DNA of 64,000 nucleotides from Gemmatimonadales bacterium (GTDB lineage Bacteria; Gemmatimonadota; Gemmatimonadetes; Gemmatimonadales; GWC2-71-9): NCBI GenBank assembly GCA_965249575.1, contig OZ252244.1, positions 2,016,001 to 2,080,000 of the forward strand, read 5' to 3'. Shown piece by piece: positions 58,493 to 64,000 of this stretch (position 1 is its first letter; each line of letters starts with the position of its first letter). The notes under the pieces were generated by a model. It saw only the letters and a program-made list of their open reading frames with translations, ran no database searches and was not told where the DNA came from. The position numbers and the translations under genes were made by a program.

Positions 58493-58870
58493 TCACGCCA
58501 ATAGCGGCCCGGCGTAGAGCGTCCCGACGGTAACGAATATCACGAACAGAGCGATCGACACGGGTCGCTTCAGTCCGAAAAACACGATCTGCTCAGCGGC
58601 TCGAAGGTACCAGAACACGGCGATGAAGAGCAACAGCGACCTGCCGAGCGGGGTGGAGAGCATCGCGTCGGCATGCGCCAGCGATACGTAGGCGAACGCG
58701 ATGACCGCGAAGGTCAGGCTCAGGTTGGAGACGTGCACGATCGCGCGGTTGAGCGAAGTCAGTTTCGCGAGCTCAGTGCGCCAGCGGAACAGCTTCCAGA
58801 AAAACAAGTGGAACAGAGCGAAGGCGGCGCTGCACGCGCCACCGAGGAGAACAGCTGCCTCGGGCCGCAT
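58493..58870 (-). CDS. Four-TM membrane protein
   Basis: AAGGA RBS; FHLFFWKLFRW; hydrophobic. Confidence 0.75.
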   Translation of the reverse strand: MRPEAAVLLGGACSAAFALFHLFFWKLFRWRTELAKLTSLNRAIVHVSNLSLTFAVIAFAYVSLAHADAMLSTPLGRSLLLFIAVFWYLRAAEQIVFFGLKRPVSIALFVIFVTVGTLYAGPLLA

Positions 58871-59054
58871 GTCCCGTCCTTTCTATCGAGAACGTGCCAA
58901 ATACCTGTCGCACCCGCGCGACGGGTGATGGTCCACCCGCAGCGCCTCTACGGCACTCGTTGCGGACATGCTGCATCAATCCGAAACGATGGAGCCCCGC
59001 CGGACGGCGGGGCTCGAGGGTTCAGGCGAGCGCTTCCTAGGCCGCCAGCCCGGT

Positions 59055-59495
59055 CTAGAGCCCTCCCTTCTGCAGCAGCACGTTTGGCGTCCCGTACTGG
59101 TAGAACTGAAAGTCGTTGTCGGCAATCTTCCCATAGGCGGCTCGGGCGAAGAGCTTGTCGCGAACCGTCGGTGAGGGCAGATCTCCCAGTCGCTGCTTCA
59201 AGAGCGCGACGATCCCTGCGACGTGGGGCGACGCCTGGGACGTCCCGCTCGCGAACGCCAGTCCTCCACCCAACCAAGTGGACAGGATTAACGTGCCCGG
59301 TGCATACATATCGACGTAGCGGCCCCAGTTTGAAAAGGGCGCCTTGACGTCGACGTCGCCGGGCGCGGGGGCCGCTCCAGCCGAAGGCGAGGGGGGCAGT
59401 ACCAATATGTCGGATGCAGCCACCGTAAACGCGCCGAGCGCGCTAGCCGGCGAGTAGTCGCAGGGGGCCTTGTAAGTGGTCCCGATCGCGGGCCG
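59055..59495 (-). pseudogene. S8 subtilase C-terminal fragment
   Basis: CDYSPASA, FSNWG..VDMYAPG, SGTSQASPHVAG; in-frame stop upstream, catalytic Asp/His region absent. Confidence 0.8.
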
Positions 59496-59544
59496 GTCCG
59501 GTCACGAAAGTCCCGTCCACCCACCACCCTCGGAGAGTAACGCG

Positions 59545-61284
59545 ATGCCCGGCTCCCAAGAAACCAATGCGATGATTGTCAATCGGGATGCAATGGACCG
59601 CCGTCGCTTCATGGCCTCCCTATCCGCCGTCGGCTTGGGAGGCACGGTTATCCCGGCGCTGCTCTGGTCCAAGGTGCGGCAGTCGGGCAAGATCACGATA
59701 GACATGCTGGACGAGGCCGAAGCGCTGAGCGGGCTGCGGTTTACGGAGCAGGAGCGGGAGCTCATGCTTGATGGGGTCAACCAAAATCTGGAGCGATATC
59801 AGAAGCTCCGCACGGTCGAGTTCCCGAACAGCATTCACCCGGCCATTCGTTTCGACCCGGTGCTTCCCGGCCACGCCGTCCCAACCGAACAGCGAGCTTT
59901 CCGTTATTCACGTCCAACCCGCGTGGCACGTCCCTCTTCGCTCACAGATCTCGCGTATGCGCGGGTCGTGGAGCTGGCCGAGCTGGTCCGCACGCGGCAA
60001 GTATCCTCCGTCGAGCTCACCCGGATGTATCTGGAGCGGCTCGAGCGCCACAATCCGTCTCTGGAATGTGTCGTGACGCTGACCTCCGACCTGGCGATCA
60101 AACAGGCCCGGCGCGCAGACGAAGAACTCGCGCGCGGCCACTATCGGGGGCCGCTGCACGGGATTCCGTGGGGCGCAAAGGACCTGCTCGCGGAGGACTC
60201 CTACCGTACCACGTGGGGAGCCAAGCCGTTCGAGCAACAACACATTTTCGAGGACGCGACCGTCGTGCGTCGCCTGGAAGATGCGGGAGCCGTGTTGGTT
60301 GCGAAGCTCACGCTCGGCGCCCTCGCCTGGGGAGATGTCTGGTTTGGTGGCCGCACGAGAAATCCGTGGAATCTCGAGCAGGGATCGAGCGGGTCGTCAG
60401 CCGGTTCGGCGGCCGCAACGGTCGCGGGGCTCGTCGGGTTCAGCATCGGGAGTGAGACCTTGGGCTCTATTGTCTCGCCGTCGACACGGTGCGGCGCCAC
60501 CGGCCTCCGGCCGACGTACGGCCGGGTGAGCCGCCATGGCGCGATGGCTCTCTGCTGGACCATGGACAAACTCGGTCCCATTTGCCGCGGGGTCGAAGAC
60601 TGCGCGCTCGTGCTGAACGCCATCCACGGCGCCGACGGGAAGGATCCAACCGCGAGGTCCGTTCCCTTCAACTGGGATGCGGGGATCGACATCACATCAC
60701 TGCGTGTCGGTTTCTTCGAGCGCGGATTCGATGAAGAGCGGCCGGAGGATCAGAGCGAGCAGGCTCGCATGGACGAGGACACGCTGCGGGTGTTACGAGG
60801 CCTGGGCGTTGACCCGATTCCCATAGACCTCCCGAGCGACTTGCCGCTCGATGCCATGCGAATCATTCTGGACGCCGAGGCGGCCACCGCTTTCGACGAG
60901 CTGACGCGGAGCAATCGAGACGACGAGCTCGTGCGCCAGATCAAGCGGGCCTGGCCGAACCTGTTCCGTCACTCACGGTTCATTCCTGCCGTGGAGTACA
61001 TCCAGGCGAACCGCCTCCGCACCATCGCCATGGGTGCGTTCGCCGCCCGTATGGACGCCATCGACGTGCTGGTCACGCCCTCCTACGGCGGGGACATTCT
61101 CCTACTGACCAATCTGACGGGGCATCCCGCCGCGGTGGTTCCGAACGGGTTCACGGAATCCGGAGCGCCGGGCAGCATTTCCTTTATTGGGAAGCTGTAC
61201 GGCGAGGCGGAGGCCCTGGCGGTCGCCAAGGCCTATCAGGACGCGACGAATTTTCACTTGGCTCGCCCGCCGAGGTTCGCCTAG
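59545..61284 (+). CDS. Amidase-signature family enzyme with Tat-like signal
   Basis: DRRRFM; HGIPWGAKD, GSSGSSAGS, GSETLGSI (Ser-cisSer-Lys triad). Confidence 0.92.
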   Translation: MPGSQETNAMIVNRDAMDRRRFMASLSAVGLGGTVIPALLWSKVRQSGKITIDMLDEAEALSGLRFTEQERELMLDGVNQNLERYQKLRTVEFPNSIHPAIRFDPVLPGHAVPTEQRAFRYSRPTRVARPSSLTDLAYARVVELAELVRTRQVSSVELTRMYLERLERHNPSLECVVTLTSDLAIKQARRADEELARGHYRGPLHGIPWGAKDLLAEDSYRTTWGAKPFEQQHIFEDATVVRRLEDAGAVLVAKLTLGALAWGDVWFGGRTRNPWNLEQGSSGSSAGSAAATVAGLVGFSIGSETLGSIVSPSTRCGATGLRPTYGRVSRHGAMALCWTMDKLGPICRGVEDCALVLNAIHGADGKDPTARSVPFNWDAGIDITSLRVGFFERGFDEERPEDQSEQARMDEDTLRVLRGLGVDPIPIDLPSDLPLDAMRIILDAEAATAFDELTRSNRDDELVRQIKRAWPNLFRHSRFIPAVEYIQANRLRTIAMGAFAARMDAIDVLVTPSYGGDILLLTNLTGHPAAVVPNGFTESGAPGSISFIGKLYGEAEALAVAKAYQDATNFHLARPPRFA

Positions 61285-61332
61285 GGGTCGCACGAGGATC
61301 TCGGGACCCACACGTGAGCGGGAAACCAGTCA

Positions 61333-61944
61333 CTAGCGGGTGAAGAACGAGATCCCAAGCCGAACCTCGGCCCGGTCCGAGCTCGGGAACGCCGTGAGCA
61401 AGAATTCCTCGATGTTGGCGTTCGGATCGAGCGGGTCGGGATCCGCCCCGCTTCCGAACGTGTGGTCGAAGCGGATTTCGCTCCGGAACGCGATGCGTGG
61501 AATGATTGGCAGCTTCAGACCGAAACCGAAGCCGAGGATCGGTTCGGCCTCCCCGTCGGTAATGTCCGGCCCACCGATGTTGAGTTTCCCACGACTGGCC
61601 CGTATCCCACCACCCACGGTGAAGTATGTAATGATCCCGCCAAGATCCTGCAGGTGGTAGACGAGACCCAGCCCGAGTTCCGTGTTGATGATCGAGGCAT
61701 CGTCCGAGCTCGTCCAGGTCACTGACGCGGACGGCTCCAACATCGCGCGGTTAGAGATGAGGAACCCGACGCGAAAGCGCTCCACCGGAATCGTGACGAA
61801 CGCTTGATCGGGGATGTCCGAAAAGCGCCGGAGTCCGAGACCCCCGTCTATGCCGAACTCTACGGGGCGACCCTGCCCGTTCGCGGTTTGGGTCACGGTG
61901 AGAAGCGCTAGGAGAACGACCGCACCGACTATCGAGTGTCTCAT
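61333..61944 (-). CDS. Small outer-membrane beta-barrel protein
   Basis: AAGGAG RBS, signal peptide, amphipathic strands, C-terminal LGISFF. Confidence 0.75.
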   Translation of the reverse strand: MRHSIVGAVVLLALLTVTQTANGQGRPVEFGIDGGLGLRRFSDIPDQAFVTIPVERFRVGFLISNRAMLEPSASVTWTSSDDASIINTELGLGLVYHLQDLGGIITYFTVGGGIRASRGKLNIGGPDITDGEAEPILGFGFGLKLPIIPRIAFRSEIRFDHTFGSGADPDPLDPNANIEEFLLTAFPSSDRAEVRLGISFFTR

Positions 61945-62136
61945 GAACTCCTCCTTGGAGTCGTGGGTTCAAGCGTCGGTCGCCAGCGCGGTCACACCGG
62001 CTGGCCGTGAGCTCTGGCCTTGCCACTCTTGTTGGGCGCCGAGCATCCCAGAACTTACCACCTTTCACCGTGAACCACGCCACGCGCGGTCGCCCCGGCC
62101 CGCGGTCTGAGTGATGCCCGTTTGATCCAGTGGAGG

Positions 62137-62613
62137 TCAGCGGCGGCTGGGCTCAACTGCTCGCTCGGTAAAGAATGGCGCAATACGGTCTGCCTCGCCG
62201 CCGGGCGCCCAGATGACCAACGCCCTGACGGGAATATCCGACACCACCCTCTGGGCTACCTGGTCTTCAGGCCGCACGATCCCGACCATGCCCTTCGTGA
62301 GAACGTGCGACTCTCCATGGACGATGTGATCGAACTCTCCGTCGAGAATGTAGAAGATCTCGATTGCCGTGTGCCGGTGCGCGCCTCCTGACGTGCCGGC
62401 TGGGAACCTGATCTCCGCGATCTCCACCTCCCCTCCGCCGAGGTTCGACGCTTCGACGAGCATTCTGATACTCGTACCGCTCTCCGAGTCGAGCACGCGG
62501 GTGCCGGTGCTCTTTCTCCGATAGTCGGGTTCCTGGGCGACCGCCTCCGTCGAGAGCACACCGGCGAACGCGACCATGATCAATACATCGACCGTCAAGT
62601 CATTCACGACCAT
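62137..62613 (-). CDS. Secreted cupin domain protein
   Basis: Signal peptide; HRHTAIEIFYILDG cupin motif. Confidence 0.78.
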   Translation of the reverse strand: MVVNDLTVDVLIMVAFAGVLSTEAVAQEPDYRRKSTGTRVLDSESGTSIRMLVEASNLGGGEVEIAEIRFPAGTSGGAHRHTAIEIFYILDGEFDHIVHGESHVLTKGMVGIVRPEDQVAQRVVSDIPVRALVIWAPGGEADRIAPFFTERAVEPSRR

Positions 62614-63273
62614 CGTTTCACCCCCATGAATAGGCGTGGGCAAGGTACCGGGTCTGATTGGCCGGTACACCCCTGCCTGCGCTGAGCGTGGCGTACGGGC
62701 AACACGGTCGACCCGACGACAGCTCCCCCCCGCAGTCCACTCGTGGGGGTCACACTCTTTCTCAGGTGATCGCGAACCGGAGCACCTGAATCTCGGGTTC
62801 ACATGCTCTCGGAGGAGCTCAGCATGGGTCAACACGCGGTGGGCCTTGGCCCTACGGCTCTCGATCAGGGCCGGACAAGCGATTGAGAATCTTCGGCAAT
62901 CGCTGGCGCGGTCCCCTACTCATCACCGGGGCACAGTGATCGTGCATTCGACTGCACGCTGTGATTATCCCAAGCATGACATTTGCAGTGATCTTAAATG
63001 CAGTGTCGATTAGATACTGCTCCCGACTTGGGAATCAGGACGGACGTTCTCCCAAGAAGACGGCTCAGACGCGCACCCCCGTGACCCGGGGGGAGACGGC
63101 CCCGACAATTCGGGGCTGTTCGTGCTGAGACCCGTAGCCGTGTCGTGCATTCAACCCCCCAACCTCGTAGGAGTCCCCATGACCTAGCGCTGGCTTCTTT
63201 CGGTCCTCGAGGCGTTCAGACTGCCTCGACGGACAAAACCTCGCTCTGCAAATCCCTACAAGGAGGTCACACG

Positions 63274-64000
63274 ATGTTGTCCCACACTCGATGGTCCCGG
63301 TTCACGGGGGTCCTGGGGGTGGTTGCCCTCGGAGCATTCCTGCAGGCGTGCGCGGACGCACCGGCTGCCGTGGATCCGGCCGAAGCCGAAGCCGCGGCGC
63401 TGACGGAGAACCCCAACGTGAGCGTAGTCGATGAGCGGACGCAGAAGCTCAACGAGTACTTCCTCGGCTTACCCAATTGGCCGACCCGGGTCGAGGATTC
63501 GATGGAAGTGGACATGGGCAAGGACAGTACGGACATCGGGGGAGGCCTGCTGGTCTGTTCGGTCAAGCAGGTGGACGTCAAGAAGAACTTCGACGACATC
63601 ATCCTGATCGGCGCGAACAGCGGGGTGATGTATCCCGGCGCGATGATTCAAGGGGAAACCCTGGATGACGGAACGCTCTCTCCTCTCAACCTGCCGAGAA
63701 CTCCCATTCACGTTTCGATCGACATGGGGGTCCTGAAGGCGGACCGGCACGTCGAGCACCCCAACAGCGCTACCGTGCAGGCGGCGGTCGCCGAGTTGCA
63801 GCGAGAAGCGGACAGCCGACTGGGGAATCTCGATGTCGTACCGGCGCAGCTGCAGTTCCTACAAAAGGAGGCTCACTCGTTCGGCCAGGTGATGGCGGCC
63901 GCCGGGATCTCAGTGCGGTACCGAGGCCTGTTCGCCAGGGCGGGGATGGACGCGTCATTCCGCACAAACCGCCGGCGCGACGCGCATACGATTGTGGCAA
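63274..64000 (+). CDS. Thiol-activated/cholesterol-dependent cytolysin-like lipoprotein, 5' part (not in ORF track)
   Basis: AAGGAGG RBS; lipobox LQAC; VMYPGAMIQG...LPRTPIHVSID...EHPNSATVQAAV...AHSFGQV, matching CDC domain 1/3 motifs; frame open to the window edge. Confidence 0.8.
   Translation, partial: MLSHTRWSRFTGVLGVVALGAFLQACADAPAAVDPAEAEAAALTENPNVSVVDERTQKLNEYFLGLPNWPTRVEDSMEVDMGKDSTDIGGGLLVCSVKQVDVKKNFDDIILIGANSGVMYPGAMIQGETLDDGTLSPLNLPRTPIHVSIDMGVLKADRHVEHPNSATVQAAVAELQREADSRLGNLDVVPAQLQFLQKEAHSFGQVMAAAGISVRYRGLFARAGMDASFRTNRRRDAHTIVA

Noticed and set aside
63110..63180. TPP riboswitch (GCTGAGA...CCC...CGTAGGA)
   Set aside because: Lacks the ACCTGAT core, and the downstream gene is unrelated to thiamine

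Overview
GC-rich bacterial window; gene content and style suggest a Gemmatimonadota-like heterotroph (inference). From left to right it holds: a broken flagellar block (fliI-fliH-fliG-fliF'-fliE'-flgC') abutting a hybrid PAS/GAF histidine kinase; MscS; a lipoprotein cytochrome c plus a fused monoheme cytochrome-porin (Cyc2-like architecture); pruA; and a ~15.6 kb co-directional respiratory cluster. That cluster encodes Mrp/ApbC, a ferredoxin, three proteins carrying four PCP_red-like domains including an AhbD/NirJ-like radical SAM enzyme, a CydA-like protein with no Q-loop and no CydB, three c-type cytochromes, and an A1 heme-copper oxidase with CtaB. Next come lepB, infA, an internally deleted MCP, and an ORF-free ~420 nt structured transcript candidate with its own promoter and terminator beside DnaA-box-like motifs. 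Then yhaM, htpX/lemA, an AraC + small lipopeptide + TPR module with a 21-bp-period direct repeat, an HD-GYP regulator, mqnD, an Omp85-family protein, pilT, tRNA-Cys with a ~1.1 kb att-bounded islet, a DAACS transporter/class V aminotransferase pair, an amidase, and the 5' part of a cholesterol-dependent-cytolysin-like lipoprotein. Many genes are frameshifted, nonsense-interrupted or joined at deletion junctions, which may be assembly error or real decay. All calls come from reading motifs by eye; no searches were run.
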